DNA of 64,000 nt. Source: an uncultured Chloroflexia bacterium (GTDB taxonomy: Bacteria > Chloroflexota > Chloroflexia > Thermomicrobiales > UBA6265). The position numbers were made by a program, and so were the translations under genes. The notes under the pieces are model-generated. The model was not told the origin of the DNA. It saw nothing but the letters and a program-made list of their open reading frames with translations, and did not search any database. Positions 10,248-21,200 of the stretch are shown in pieces; positions within the stretch are counted from its first letter, which is position 1, and each line of letters starts with the position of its first letter. Location: NCBI GenBank assembly GCA_963724295.1, contig CAVRUC010000009.1, positions 224,001 to 288,000 of the forward strand. Direction: 5' to 3'.

Positions 10248-11153
10248 ATGGAGAACGTGCCAGCGGCAGAGGCCGCCCTCGTCTCGGTGGCGGACCGGCC
10301 CTACTTCGTGCCCCGCCGGCGTCGCCGCTTCGGCCAGATGGCCGGCTCGGTCGCGTCGCATGGCATCTTGCTCGTCCTCGTCCTTTTTGCCCTGGCGCCG
10401 ATACTCGAGGCGCTGAGCACGTCGTTCAAGACGAAACGAGAGATCAATACTGGCCGCACGCTGATTCCCCAGAATCCGACGACGAGCCAGTTCGAGTACG
10501 TGCTGGGCCAGACCGACTTCGCCAATTGGATGCGCAACTCATTGCAAATCGCCGTCGCCACGACTCTTTTCGCGCTCGTTATCGGGAGCCTCGGCGGCTA
10601 CGCCATGTCGCGTTGGCGCTTCCGTGGTCGGACGCTCTACGGCAACACGCTCCTCATGGTGCAGATGTTCCCGGGGGTCATGCTCGGCATCCCGCTCTTC
10701 CTGGTGCTCGACAACTACGGTCTGATCGACACCATGTGGGCGCTGCTGGTGACCTATCTCACCTTCGCCCTGGCCTTCTCGGTCTGGATGCTGAAGGGTT
10801 ACTTCGACGGGATTCCCAGAGAGATCGAGGAGGCGGCGCTGATCGACGGCGCGAACCGCATGCAGGTGCTCTGGCATATCGTCCTGCGGCTCTCCGTACC
10901 GGGCATCGTCACCGTGTCCGTCTTCACGTTTCTCCTCGCCTGGAACGAATTCTTCTTCGCCTACCTCTTCCTCGTTTCGCCCCACAAGATGACGCTCACC
11001 CTCGGGCTGTTCACCTTTATCCGCCAGTACACGACCGACTGGGGCTACATCATGGCCGCCGGCATCCTCACCTGCCTACCGGCGCTCGTCTTCTTCTTCC
11101 TGCTGCAACGGGCGCTGACCCGGGGCTTGATCGCGGGGGCGATGAAGGGGTAG
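10248..11153 (+). CDS. Carbohydrate ABC transporter permease (MalG-like)
   Basis: EIEEAALIDGA; AWNEFFFA; C-terminal GAMKG. Confidence 0.93.
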   Translation: MENVPAAEAALVSVADRPYFVPRRRRRFGQMAGSVASHGILLVLVLFALAPILEALSTSFKTKREINTGRTLIPQNPTTSQFEYVLGQTDFANWMRNSLQIAVATTLFALVIGSLGGYAMSRWRFRGRTLYGNTLLMVQMFPGVMLGIPLFLVLDNYGLIDTMWALLVTYLTFALAFSVWMLKGYFDGIPREIEEAALIDGANRMQVLWHIVLRLSVPGIVTVSVFTFLLAWNEFFFAYLFLVSPHKMTLTLGLFTFIRQYTTDWGYIMAAGILTCLPALVFFFLLQRALTRGLIAGAMKG

Positions 11154-11215
11154 CGGGCGAGGGTGTTGGGTGATTGGTTGATGGGGTGATAAGAGATAGG
11201 CGTCGAGGTAGCAGG

Positions 11216-13321
11216 GTGGCGAGGATCCGCCCATCCTGCCACCCCGCGACCCCGCGACCCCGCGACCCTCGTCTGACACGGCGGGGTCTCGTCGCGCAAT
11301 CACTCGTGGCTGGAGCTGGTGCCATTGCGGCCACTGGACGGGGTGGCAGGGTAGCCGGGTGGCAAGGTGGCGGGGAGAATGTGCCTGCAACCCCGCCGCC
11401 CCGCGACCCTGCGACCCTCGTCCCTGTCACCCCGTCAATAGCGCTCGAGCTCCTCGGCGGCGATGTCTGGGCCTGGCAGAAGTCGCTCGCGGGAACCTGT
11501 CCCGGCTGCCCACCGGACGCGACCATCACGCTGCTCGTCAATGGCAGCCTGGTTCCGGCGGAGCGAGAGGGGGACGCGTTTACCGCGGTTGCCAAACTCG
11601 ATCCCGGCGACAACGAGGTCCTTGCCGTCGCGAAGATGCCCGACGGCAGCGAGGAGCGCTCCGCTCCGGTGACATACACCGTCCGCCTCGAGCCACGGCC
11701 GACGGCGCGCCTTGTCGTCAGGATCGATGGGGGGCGGGTGGTCTTCGACGGCACGGCAAGCGAGCCGAGCGAGTACGACGGCGCGGCAGTCAAGACCTGG
11801 AGCCTGGGGGCCCGCGAGGACAATCCCGCTCTCCTCGAACTCGCCGAGACAGAGCCCGGCGTCTGGTCCGGGGCCCTCCCGACCGCCGACGGCGAGTACT
11901 ACGCCTCACTGACGGTCGAGGACGCCGAGGGCCGCACTGACGTCGCCGCCAGCTATTTCCTCGTCGCGGACCGACAGGCGCGTGTGCCAGATCCAATCCA
12001 CGAGCGTGCGGAGTGGATCGCGGACGCCGTCGTCTACGGCGTCGTTCCCCGCAACTTCGATCCGCCGGGATTCAGCGGCGTCACGGCGCGGCTGGACGAC
12101 CTGGCGGACCTCGGTGTCACCGCGCTCTGGTTCTCTCCCATCACGCGCACCCTGCCTGATCTCTTCGGCTACGAGGTGACCGACTATTTCGATGTGAGAC
12201 CGGAATACGGCACGAAAGAGGACTTCCGGGCGCTGGTAGACGCTGCGCACGCGCGCGGTATCCGCGTGCTGATGGACTTCGTTCCCAACCACACCTCAAT
12301 CGAGCACCCCTACGCCCAGGACGCCGCCGCCAATGGCCAGGCCTCCGCGTACTGGGACTTCTACGACCGCGACCCGGGCGGAAACCTGACCCACTACTTC
12401 AACTGGACGCACCTGCCGAATCTGAACTACGACAACCCCGAGGTCGCACGCTTCATGATGGAGGCATTCTCCTACTGGGTGCGAGAGTTCGACGTCGATG
12501 GCTTCCGCGTCGACGCCGTCTGGGGCATCAAGGAGCGCAACCCGGAGTGGCTGACGGCGTATCTCGCAGAGATGAATCGCATCAAGCCCGACTCGCTCTT
12601 GATCGCCGAGGCGAGCGCCCGCGACGAGTTCTACTTCGAGCAGGGGTTCGACGCCGCCTACGACTGGACCGATGAGCTTGGACAGTGGGCCTGGGGTGAC
12701 GCCCTGGGTGGGATCTTACCGATCGCCAAGGCGATGACCGACGTCCTTACCGACGGCGGACAGGGCTACCACGAGGATGCGCTGGTGATGCGCTTCCTCA
12801 ACAACAACGATACCGGGCAACGCTTGGTCTCCAGCTATGGCGTCGATTTCTATCGCACCGCGCTGGCGATGTTGCTCACGCTACCGGGATTGCCCTGTCT
12901 CTACACCGGCGATGAGGTCGGGGCCGAATACCAGCCGTACAACCAGGACGGGCCGATCGACTGGACTGACCGGTACGACCTGCGCGATGTGACGAAGAAG
13001 CTGATTGCGCTCCGGCGCGGCACACCAGCCCTGCACTCACCCGAGTGGCTCCCACTTGCCGCGGAACCGGCGACGCCCCTGTTCGCCTATCTGCGTACCA
13101 CGCAGAACGGACGAGCGCCGGTCGTGGTCCTGCTCAACTTCTCCGGGACCGACGTCGAGGCGGTCGTCGATCTCCCCGACGTAACGGCTGAATCACTCAG
13201 CGAAAGTGAGCTGACCGATCTCTGGAATGGAGAATCTGTCCCGGACCTGATTGGTCGTCGCGTCACCGCGGCGATTCCCGGTTGGGGATTTCGGTTCATT
13301 TCCCAGGCGCGTGGCGTATGA
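11216..13321 (+). CDS. GH13 alpha-amylase family glycosidase with Tat-like signal and N-terminal Ig/PKD-like domains
   Basis: LTRRGLV...AGAGAIAA signal; DFVPNH, DGFRVDAV, IAEA and FLNNND conserved regions; start uncertain (11174-11216). Confidence 0.88.
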   Translation: MARIRPSCHPATPRPRDPRLTRRGLVAQSLVAGAGAIAATGRGGRVAGWQGGGENVPATPPPRDPATLVPVTPSIALELLGGDVWAWQKSLAGTCPGCPPDATITLLVNGSLVPAEREGDAFTAVAKLDPGDNEVLAVAKMPDGSEERSAPVTYTVRLEPRPTARLVVRIDGGRVVFDGTASEPSEYDGAAVKTWSLGAREDNPALLELAETEPGVWSGALPTADGEYYASLTVEDAEGRTDVAASYFLVADRQARVPDPIHERAEWIADAVVYGVVPRNFDPPGFSGVTARLDDLADLGVTALWFSPITRTLPDLFGYEVTDYFDVRPEYGTKEDFRALVDAAHARGIRVLMDFVPNHTSIEHPYAQDAAANGQASAYWDFYDRDPGGNLTHYFNWTHLPNLNYDNPEVARFMMEAFSYWVREFDVDGFRVDAVWGIKERNPEWLTAYLAEMNRIKPDSLLIAEASARDEFYFEQGFDAAYDWTDELGQWAWGDALGGILPIAKAMTDVLTDGGQGYHEDALVMRFLNNNDTGQRLVSSYGVDFYRTALAMLLTLPGLPCLYTGDEVGAEYQPYNQDGPIDWTDRYDLRDVTKKLIALRRGTPALHSPEWLPLAAEPATPLFAYLRTTQNGRAPVVVLLNFSGTDVEAVVDLPDVTAESLSESELTDLWNGESVPDLIGRRVTAAIPGWGFRFISQARGV
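11338..11421. repeat. Family A palindromic repeat inside the GH13 reading frame
   Basis: GGTGGCGGGGAGAATGTGCCTGCAACCCCGCC closely matches intergenic GGTGGCGGGGCGAACGTGCCAGCCACCCCGCC at about 9190-9221. Confidence 0.7.
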
Positions 13322-14403
13322 CACCGTCCACCCGACTCCGTGGGGAGCGAGCCGTGACGATCCAGGATGTCGCCGACCGCTCGGGCGTCTCCATCTCGAC
13401 CGTCTCGCGCGTCGTTACCGGATCCGTTGCTGTCGAACCCGCGACAGCGGAGCGAGTGCGGGAGGCGATCGCCGCCCTCGGCTACCGGCCGAACCTGCTC
13501 GCGCGCTCGTTCCGGCGTCGCGTAACCCATACCATCGGTCTGCTGGTGCCAGACAACTCCAACCCGTTCTTCGCGGAAGTGGCGCGCACGGCGGAGGACG
13601 CCGGTTTCGCCGAAGGCTACAGCGTCGTCCTCTGCAATTCGGATCTATCAGCGGTCAAGCAGGAGACCTACATCGACGTGCTTCTGGCGAAACGCGTCGA
13701 TGGCCTCATTCTGGTCTCTTCTGGATTGATCCCCACCGTCGATGGCCACGATGCCGTGGAGCGAATCCTCGAGGCAGGGGTGCCGTGCGTGGTCGTCGAC
13801 CGCGATCTCGGTGAGACGCCGGTCGATCAGGTCCTGGTTGACAATGAGCAGGGTGGCTATCTGGCCGGAGAGCATCTGATCGATCTCGGCCACCGTCGCA
13901 TCGCGTGCCTGGTGGGGCCGAACGAGCTGACTCCCAGTGCCGGGCGGATCGCCGGTTTTCAGCGCGCGCTGGCGGATGCCGGGCTGGCCATCACCGCGGA
14001 AGACCTCGTCCGGGGCAATGGCCGGCCGGATGGAGGCGCCGCCGCGGTCCGCGAGCTTCTGCAGCGGAGGAACATCGCCGCCGGCGACGTCACCGCCATC
14101 TTCGCCTTCAACGACCAGATGGCGATCGGCGCCATCGGCGCGTTGCAGAGAGCCGGACACCGCGTGCCGCGGGATGTCTCGGTGGTCGGATTCGATGATA
14201 TCCCGCAGTCGGCGGCGATCTTTCCGGCGCTGACCACGGTTGCCCAGCCTATCGGGGAGATGGGAAGCACCGGAGTCCGGCTCTTGCTCGATCGCATCGC
14301 GCGGGGGCACCCGCAGAGTCATGGGCCCTGTCAGCGGGTACGGCTATCGACCCGACTGGTCGTCCGGGAGAGCACTGGGCCGCCGCCGGACGGAAGTCGG
14401 TGA
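13318..14403 (+). CDS. LacI family transcriptional regulator
   Basis: TIQDVADRSGVSISTVSRVV HTH; YRPNLLARS hinge; VVGFDD; ATG overlaps the GH13 stop. Confidence 0.95.
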   Translation: MTPSTRLRGERAVTIQDVADRSGVSISTVSRVVTGSVAVEPATAERVREAIAALGYRPNLLARSFRRRVTHTIGLLVPDNSNPFFAEVARTAEDAGFAEGYSVVLCNSDLSAVKQETYIDVLLAKRVDGLILVSSGLIPTVDGHDAVERILEAGVPCVVVDRDLGETPVDQVLVDNEQGGYLAGEHLIDLGHRRIACLVGPNELTPSAGRIAGFQRALADAGLAITAEDLVRGNGRPDGGAAAVRELLQRRNIAAGDVTAIFAFNDQMAIGAIGALQRAGHRVPRDVSVVGFDDIPQSAAIFPALTTVAQPIGEMGSTGVRLLLDRIARGHPQSHGPCQRVRLSTRLVVRESTGPPPDGSR

Positions 14404-14473
14404 GTTGGTACGTCGGGGTCGGGATCTGGAATTCGGAGGTTGCGAGTGCGACGGCGAGATGCCCCGACGGCCC

Positions 14474-14497
14474 GTAGGGGCGACGCAGACGTCGCCC
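14474..14497 (+). repeat. GTAG-type REP palindrome
   Basis: GTAG-GGGCGACG-CAGA-CGTCGCCC; second copy at 46954-46977. Confidence 0.65.
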
Positions 14498-14596
14498 GAG
14501 TCGCTAAGATCGCGTAGTGAGGCAGGTGGGCGGGTCAAGCGGTCCGTCCGGGCGAGACCACACGGTGGCGTGTGGTGAGTGACAAAGGAGGTCTTC

Positions 14597-16027
14597 GTGG
14601 CAAAGAACATCTGGACATCGTCGGTTCGGCGACGTGAGTTGGACGAACTTCTGCGGCAGGCCGCGACAGGCAGGCTGAGCCGGCGGCGCTTCGCTCAACG
14701 CGCCCTGGCCCTCGGCATCTCGGCGACCGTGGTCGCTTCTGCGCTACGTGCGGGAGGCACGCTGGCACGGCAGATAGCGACACCGGAAGGTTGGGAACCG
14801 ATCGGCGAGGAGCTCGATCTGGCCAACCTCAGCCCGGAGATTCCGGAGCCGACCGAGCCGGTGACCATCACCTTCGCCTCCTGGGTCAACGAGACGCCGA
14901 TGATGAACGAGCTGCGGGACCGCTTCCAGGAGATACATCCAAACATCACGGTCGAGTTCCAGGGCGTGCCGGCAGAGGAGATGGACGCCCGGCTCACGAC
15001 CCAGATCGCCGGCGGCAACCCGCCGGACACCGTCTTCGTCGACATGAGCTCGGTCGTCGACTATGCGTCCCGTAACGCTCTCGTCGACCTCGAACCGTAC
15101 ATCGCGCAAAGCGTGGCGGTGGTGCGCGACGATTACATCGGCGCGTTCCTCGACTCGGTACTGTGGGAAGACAAGATGTTCGGTCTGCCCTATGACGGGG
15201 AGACGACCGGCCTCTTCTATCGCAAGGATCTCTTCGAGGCGGCGGGGATCGCGGAACCACCCAAGACCTGGGAAGAGCTGGAAGCGGCCGCGCAAGCACT
15301 CACCACCGAAGGTCAATATGGCTACATCATGTTCGCGCCCGAGGCTGCCTACTATTGGTACCCGTACCTCTGGCAGAACGGCGGCGAGCTGCTCTCGCAA
15401 GACGGCCAGACTATTCTCTTCAATAGCGACGCCGGAAAAGAAGCGGCGGAGTTCTACGTCGGGCTGACGCAGTACTCGCCACCCGATTTCCTCAACTCCA
15501 ACTCCTACGACGGCCGCGTCGCCTTCGCCACCGGCCAGGTCGCCATGTACGTGGCCGGAGCCTGGTTCGCCTCGGTGATGCAGGACGAGTACCCCGACAT
15601 CAACGACCTCTGGGACGCCGCGCCGCTGCCGCAGAAAGAGCGTTGCGCCACCACCATCGCCGGCGACGCGCTGATCATGCCGGCGCAGGGCAAGAACCAC
15701 GACGCGGCCTGGAAGTGGCTCGAGTTCCTCTCAGCGCCGCAGAACATGGCCCTCTGGGCGCTCGGCGTACCGGACAACGCGGGCTCGGTGCTCCCGCCAC
15801 GCACGTCGCTCCTGGAAGACCCGAACGTCTTCGATCTCAACCCGGTCCTCGAGGGCTTCGCCCAGCAGATGGAGTGCGGCGTCACCGGCGGCGCTCCGAA
15901 CGTGCGCTACGGCGAGGTTGAGGTTGCCCTCAACGATGCCCTGGGTCGCGCCATCTACGGCGAGATCGACGCCGCCACCGCCCTGGATGAAGCCGCCATG
16001 GAAGGCGAGGCCATTCTCAGCCGGTAA
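14597..16027 (+). CDS. Tat-exported carbohydrate ABC transporter substrate-binding protein
   Basis: AAGGAGG RBS before GTG; LSRRRFAQRA Tat motif; FYRKDLFEAAGI. Confidence 0.9.
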   Translation: MAKNIWTSSVRRRELDELLRQAATGRLSRRRFAQRALALGISATVVASALRAGGTLARQIATPEGWEPIGEELDLANLSPEIPEPTEPVTITFASWVNETPMMNELRDRFQEIHPNITVEFQGVPAEEMDARLTTQIAGGNPPDTVFVDMSSVVDYASRNALVDLEPYIAQSVAVVRDDYIGAFLDSVLWEDKMFGLPYDGETTGLFYRKDLFEAAGIAEPPKTWEELEAAAQALTTEGQYGYIMFAPEAAYYWYPYLWQNGGELLSQDGQTILFNSDAGKEAAEFYVGLTQYSPPDFLNSNSYDGRVAFATGQVAMYVAGAWFASVMQDEYPDINDLWDAAPLPQKERCATTIAGDALIMPAQGKNHDAAWKWLEFLSAPQNMALWALGVPDNAGSVLPPRTSLLEDPNVFDLNPVLEGFAQQMECGVTGGAPNVRYGEVEVALNDALGRAIYGEIDAATALDEAAMEGEAILSR

Positions 16028-16036
16028 CGGAGGCAA

Positions 16037-16116
16037 AGGGTGGCAGGGTTGCTGGGTCGCGAGGTAGCGGGAAGAACCCACCCGCCACCCTGCCACCCTG
16101 CCACCCGGCCACCCCA
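16037..16116. repeat. Family A palindromic repeat
   Basis: GGGTGGCAGGGT... arm facing tandem CCACCCTG units. Confidence 0.7.
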
Positions 16117-16130
16117 TCTCGAGGACAGCC

Positions 16131-17066
16131 ATGGCCGTTAGTACCGCGACAATTGCGTCACCACCTGCCAGCCGACGACCCTCCGTCTTGCGCCAGATGC
16201 GCAAGCAATGGTCCGCCTACCTCTTCCTGGCGCCGACGATGATCCTCTTCGCCATCTTCACGGTGGCAGCCGTCATCTATGCGTTCTACCTCAGCTTCCA
16301 TGAGTGGAACATCCTGGAGCCGGCCAAGCCGTACGTCGGCCTTGATAACTACAGCCGGCTGCTCGGCGACGAGCGGTTCGGTGGCGCCGTTTTCAACACC
16401 CTCGTCTACACCGCCGCCTCGGTGCCCCTGACGATGGGCTTGGGTCTGCTGATCGCGTTGCTGTTGAACAATCAGATCCGGGCCCGTGGGTTCTTCCGCA
16501 CCCTGTTCTACTTGCCGGTCGTCACACCGCTCGTCATTGCCGCGATCATCTGGAAATGGGTCTACAACGGCGATTTCGGGCTGCTGAACTACTACCTGAT
16601 CCAGATCGGCGTTATCGACGAGCCGCTGCTGTGGCTTTCCGATCCCAATCTGGCCATGCCGGCCGTGATCATTACCAGCGTCTGGAAGAGCGTCGGCTTC
16701 TCCATGGTCGTCTATCTGGCCGGGTTGCAGTCGATCCCGGAGGACTTCTACGACGCCGCCAAGGTCGACGGCGCCGTCGGCTGGCAGCGCCTGAAAGACA
16801 TCACCATCCCGCTCCTCTCCTCGACCACCCTCTTCCTGGCGGTCGTCTCCGTGCTCGGTGCCTTCCAGGTCTTCACCGAGGTCTTCATCATGACCAACGG
16901 TGGCCCGCTGGGACGAACCACCACCATCGTCTTTCACATCTACCAGACGGCCTTCAAGTTCTTCGACATGGGCTACGCCTCGGCGATGGCGTTCGGCATG
17001 TTCGCGATGATGTTCGTCTTCACCCTCGTCCAGCTCCGCGTCATGCGCGGCGAGGTGGAGTACTGA
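16131..17066 (+). CDS. Carbohydrate ABC transporter permease
   Basis: YVGLDNY; YDAAKVDGA; MTNGGP. Confidence 0.93.
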   Translation: MAVSTATIASPPASRRPSVLRQMRKQWSAYLFLAPTMILFAIFTVAAVIYAFYLSFHEWNILEPAKPYVGLDNYSRLLGDERFGGAVFNTLVYTAASVPLTMGLGLLIALLLNNQIRARGFFRTLFYLPVVTPLVIAAIIWKWVYNGDFGLLNYYLIQIGVIDEPLLWLSDPNLAMPAVIITSVWKSVGFSMVVYLAGLQSIPEDFYDAAKVDGAVGWQRLKDITIPLLSSTTLFLAVVSVLGAFQVFTEVFIMTNGGPLGRTTTIVFHIYQTAFKFFDMGYASAMAFGMFAMMFVFTLVQLRVMRGEVEY

Positions 17067-17103
17067 TGATGGCCTCGCACGGCTCAGCGACCGACCGCGT
17101 AGG

Positions 17104-17217
17104 GCCCTCATCCCCGGCCCTTCGCCTCTCGGAGCGGGGAACAGAGAGAAAGCTCACCAGCCGAGCAGAGAGCCCCCTCTCCCGGCTCCGACGGGAGAGG
17201 GGGTTGGGGGTGAGGGC
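17104..17217. repeat. CCCTCACCC/CTCTCCC-GGGAGAGGG type palindromic repeat, family B
   Basis: Nested hairpins ending GGGAGAGGGGGTTGGGGGTGAGGGC; near-identical end at about 47603-47625; partial copy at about 21717-21745. Confidence 0.7.
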
Positions 17218-17235
17218 AAGCTCAAGGAGCGCCGT

Positions 17236-18159
17236 ATGGCTGTAATAGCCCGCGAGCGTCAGCTAGTCATACCGCGGGAGCGCGTGCGCGGTCGCGACTG
17301 GCGCGGCATAGCCGGCAAGGCCATCGTCTACGCGGTCCTGATCGTCGTCGGTGGGCTGTTCGTTGCGCCGTTCATCTGGATGGTCTCTGGTTCCCTCCAG
17401 CAGATTGGCGACATCTTTCGCTGGCCACCGCAGTGGATCCCGCGCAACCCGACCCTCGACAACTATGGCCGGTTCTTCGAGTATCAACAGATCGGCCGCT
17501 TCTTCCTCAACAGCGCCTACGTCGCCATTGCCGTCACCTTCCTCCAGCTTCTGTTCTCGTCGCTGGCGGCCTATGCGTTTGCCAAGCGCCAGTTCCCCGG
17601 CCGCGACGCGCTCTTCCTGCTGACACTGGGGACGATGATGATCCCTGGTCAGGTGACGCTGATTCCGACCTACATCATCCTCAAGCACGTCCCATTCTTT
17701 GGTGGCAATAACTTCCTCGGGCAGGGCGGTCACGGCTGGCTCGACTCCTACTGGGGACTGATCATCCCCCAGGGAGCCAGCGCCTTCGCCATCTTCCTCC
17801 TCCGCCAATACATGCGCACGATCCCGAACGATCTGCTCGATGCCGCCCGCATCGACGGAGCATCGGAGATGCGCATCTGGGCCCAGATCGTGATGCCGCT
17901 CTGCCTGCCGGCACTCGCGGCGCTGGGCATCTTCACCTTCACTTATCAGTGGGACAACTTCTACTGGCCGCTGGTCATCGTCAGCAGTGAAGACCTGCGC
18001 ACGCTCCCGCTTGGCCTGGCCCTCTTCGTCGTCCGCAACCGGACGGCCTGGGATCTGCTGATGGCCGGCTCGGTGGTGGCCACCCTACCGGTCCTGATCG
18101 TCTTCCTCATCTTCCAGCGCCATTTCGTGCGTGGTATCGCTATGAGCGGGTTGAAGTAA
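17236..18159 (+). CDS. Carbohydrate ABC transporter permease
   Basis: LLDAARIDGA; WDNFYWPL; C-terminal MSGLK. Confidence 0.93.
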   Translation: MAVIARERQLVIPRERVRGRDWRGIAGKAIVYAVLIVVGGLFVAPFIWMVSGSLQQIGDIFRWPPQWIPRNPTLDNYGRFFEYQQIGRFFLNSAYVAIAVTFLQLLFSSLAAYAFAKRQFPGRDALFLLTLGTMMIPGQVTLIPTYIILKHVPFFGGNNFLGQGGHGWLDSYWGLIIPQGASAFAIFLLRQYMRTIPNDLLDAARIDGASEMRIWAQIVMPLCLPALAALGIFTFTYQWDNFYWPLVIVSSEDLRTLPLGLALFVVRNRTAWDLLMAGSVVATLPVLIVFLIFQRHFVRGIAMSGLK

Positions 18160-18162
18160 CGA

Positions 18163-18277
18163 AAGGTGACAGGGTGATTACTCGCTTCGCTCGTGGTGGC
18201 AGGGTGGCAGGAAGAACGATTCCCCCGACACCCTGACACCCTGTGACCCCGACACCCATCACCTATCACCCATCACC
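18163..18277. repeat. Family A palindromic repeat (reverse orientation)
   Basis: TACTCGCTTCGCTCGTGGTGG core plus GACACCC tandem units. Confidence 0.7.
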
Positions 18278-18289
18278 CAGGAGAGTTCG

Positions 18290-21200
18290 ATGCCCCGCAT
18301 GCCCTGGTCACACGTGCCACCGACGGTCGAGACCCTGCGTCACCCACCGCGTGAGTACGGGATCCTGCCGTTCTGGTTTCTCAACGGCGAGCTCGATCCG
18401 GAGGAGATGCGCTGGCAGCTCCGCGAGCTGCGCGAGAAGGGGATGCCGGGGATCATCCTCCACGGCCGCTTCGGACTGGAGCTTCCCTATCTCGGTCCGG
18501 AGTTCCGGGAGCGCGTCCGCCTCGCCGTCGAGGAGGGCGAGCGGCTAGGGCTGGACACCTGGATCTACGACGAGATGAACTGGCCGAGCGGGACGGCCAA
18601 CTGGAAGGTCGTTGAGGAGCGGCCGGACCTCACGCAGCGCTACCTGGAGTGCCTCAGCTTCCCGATCCGTGGTCCCTGGTTCGCCTATCTCACCGGGGGT
18701 GACAGCCGGTACATCGACTTTGAGCGATCCACCCCCGTTGCCGCCTTTGGTCTGGGCGAGGATGGGAGCGTGGTTGATCTGACTCCCTATCTCTCGTTCG
18801 AGAATGTCATCCCCTGGGAAGTTCCAGCTGGCAACTGGCGCATCATGTACCTGGTCGAGAAACGCGCCGATTACTACATCGACGCTCTCGACCCGGAAGC
18901 GACCGCCGAGTTCCTGCGCCTTGGCTACGACCCCTATGCCGAGACCGTCGCCGGCAAGATGCCGTCCGCGGTGCCCGGCTTCTACACCGACGAGCCGGCG
19001 ATGCACTACTACGTGACCGGCGGCGATAACCCGATCGTGCCCTGGACGAAGGACATGTTCCGCCGCTTCCACGAGCGGAACCGGTACGACCTGCGGCCGC
19101 GCCTGCCGGATCTCTTCTTCGACGTCAGCCCCGACAGCGCCCGCGTCCGTCATGACTTCTACGAGACCCTAACGGCCTTTTACGCGGACGCCTACTACCG
19201 CCAGATCCACGATTGGTGTCACGAGCACGACGTCCTCTTCACCGGTCATCTCCTCTATGAGGAGTGGCTGCGCAACATGGTGAGGGTCGAGGGCAATCCG
19301 TTTCGCCATTACCCGCACATGGACGTCATCGGCGTCGACCACCTCTACCCGATCATCGGCAGCCGCGACCGGCCGGCCGAGCACGTCGCCATGAAGCTCG
19401 GCTCCTCAGCCGCCCACCAGCTAGGGAGCGAACGCCTTCTCTGCGAGTCGTTCGGCGGCATCTTCATGGACGCCACCATGCAGCGGATGAAGTGGATTAC
19501 CGACTGGGAGTACGTCCTGGGTGTCAACCTGGTCAACCCGCACGGTTTCCATTACACCCTGGAAGGCCCCCGCAAGCGGGACTGGCCGCCGTCGATGTTC
19601 TATCAGTACCCCTGGTGGCACGTCTATGACGAGTTCTCCCGTTACGTCGCCCGGCTGAGTCATCTCCTCACCGGGGGCCGCCATGTAGCCAGGGTGGCGA
19701 TCCTCTGGCCGGCCAGCACGATCTTCGCTCACTACACCCCGCAGCAGCGCAACCCGCTCAGCAACCGGACCGAGTTCGACTTCAACATGCTCACCGATCT
19801 CCTGCTGCGCCTTCATCACGATTTCGACTATCTGGATGAGGAGGTCCTTGCCGGCGCCGAGATCGCGGATGGTGCGATCCAGGTTGCCGATGAACGCCAC
19901 GAGCTGTTGATCCTGCCGCCGATGACGCACCTGAAGCTCCCGACGCTCGAGCGATTGGAGCGATTCGTGGCCGGAGGCGGCCGGCTGCTGGGGACCGTTT
20001 TTCTGCCCGACCGCGCCTTCGGCGATGATGGCATCGTCGACGTCTCGCAGCGGGTCGCGTCGTTGTTCGGTGTCGATCCCATCGCCACTCAGCGCGAGTA
20101 CCGCGACGTGTCCGGCATCGAAACGGATTTCAAAGACCATGAGGGCGGCGGGCGAACCGGGTTCGTCCGTTCCTACGCACTCAACCGGGCACTGCCGCGG
20201 CGATTGCAGGAGGCGCTCGACCTCCCCGGCCTCCCGGAGAGCTCCTTCTTCGTCGTCGAGGAAGAGAATGGGACGAGCCATTACTGGTACGCCCCGCCAA
20301 ACGGCGAGCGCCAGGAGATCACCGCCGAAGTCGCCGCCGAGCGGGACGAGGTGAGCCGTGCGATCGACGCGGCCGTCACCGCCCTGATCGATCCGGACGT
20401 CGTCATCGACAACCCGGAGCTGTTCTGCCTGCACCGCGTCAAGGACGGGCGCGACCTCTGGTTCCTCGTCAACTCGACCCATGAGGTCCAGACCGCCAAC
20501 GTTGGCCTCCGCGGCGAACATCATCCCGTCCGCTGGGAGACGTCGCTCGGGGAAGAGCAGCCGATCGCCCCCTCGCGGATCGAGGGCGGATTCACCCGCT
20601 TTCAGATCGAGCTGCCGCCGGTCGGGTCGGTCTTCTTGACCACGGGAGAAACAGACCGACACCCGCATCGTCGAGACGAACATTGTTGTCGATCGCCTGA
20701 CCGATGGCGAGATCGGCGGGCGTGTGCGGGGTGGCAACGCCTACGCGGTGATCGCCAGGAATGGACAGGAGCACCGGCTGACCGCCGACGCTGGTGCGCC
20801 GCTGCAGCCCCTCGTGCTCGACAGCGAGTGGGAATTCGTCGCCGAGGATGCCAACGCGCTGGTCATCGCTGAGTGGCTGGCGACGCCGGAGGAACCGGGC
20901 GCGGCGCGCCAAACATACGCCGCCCCGGACGTCGACACCACCGGCTGGTTGCCGATGGTGATGGGCGCCTGGTCGTACCAGCTTCCCGCCGAGCCCGACC
21001 GGCCGTACCCGATCGACGTCTGGTATCGCATTGGCTTCACGATTGAGCGCGTACCGCCGCGCCTCGACCTGATCGTCGACGGCTTCGCCGGCTCCGGTTG
21101 GGACGTCTTCGTCAACGGAGACCGGGTCACCGCGGCGCCTGTCCGCAGCGCGATCGACAGCCAGATGCAGGCGCTGGACATCACTCCACAGGTGCGTGAG

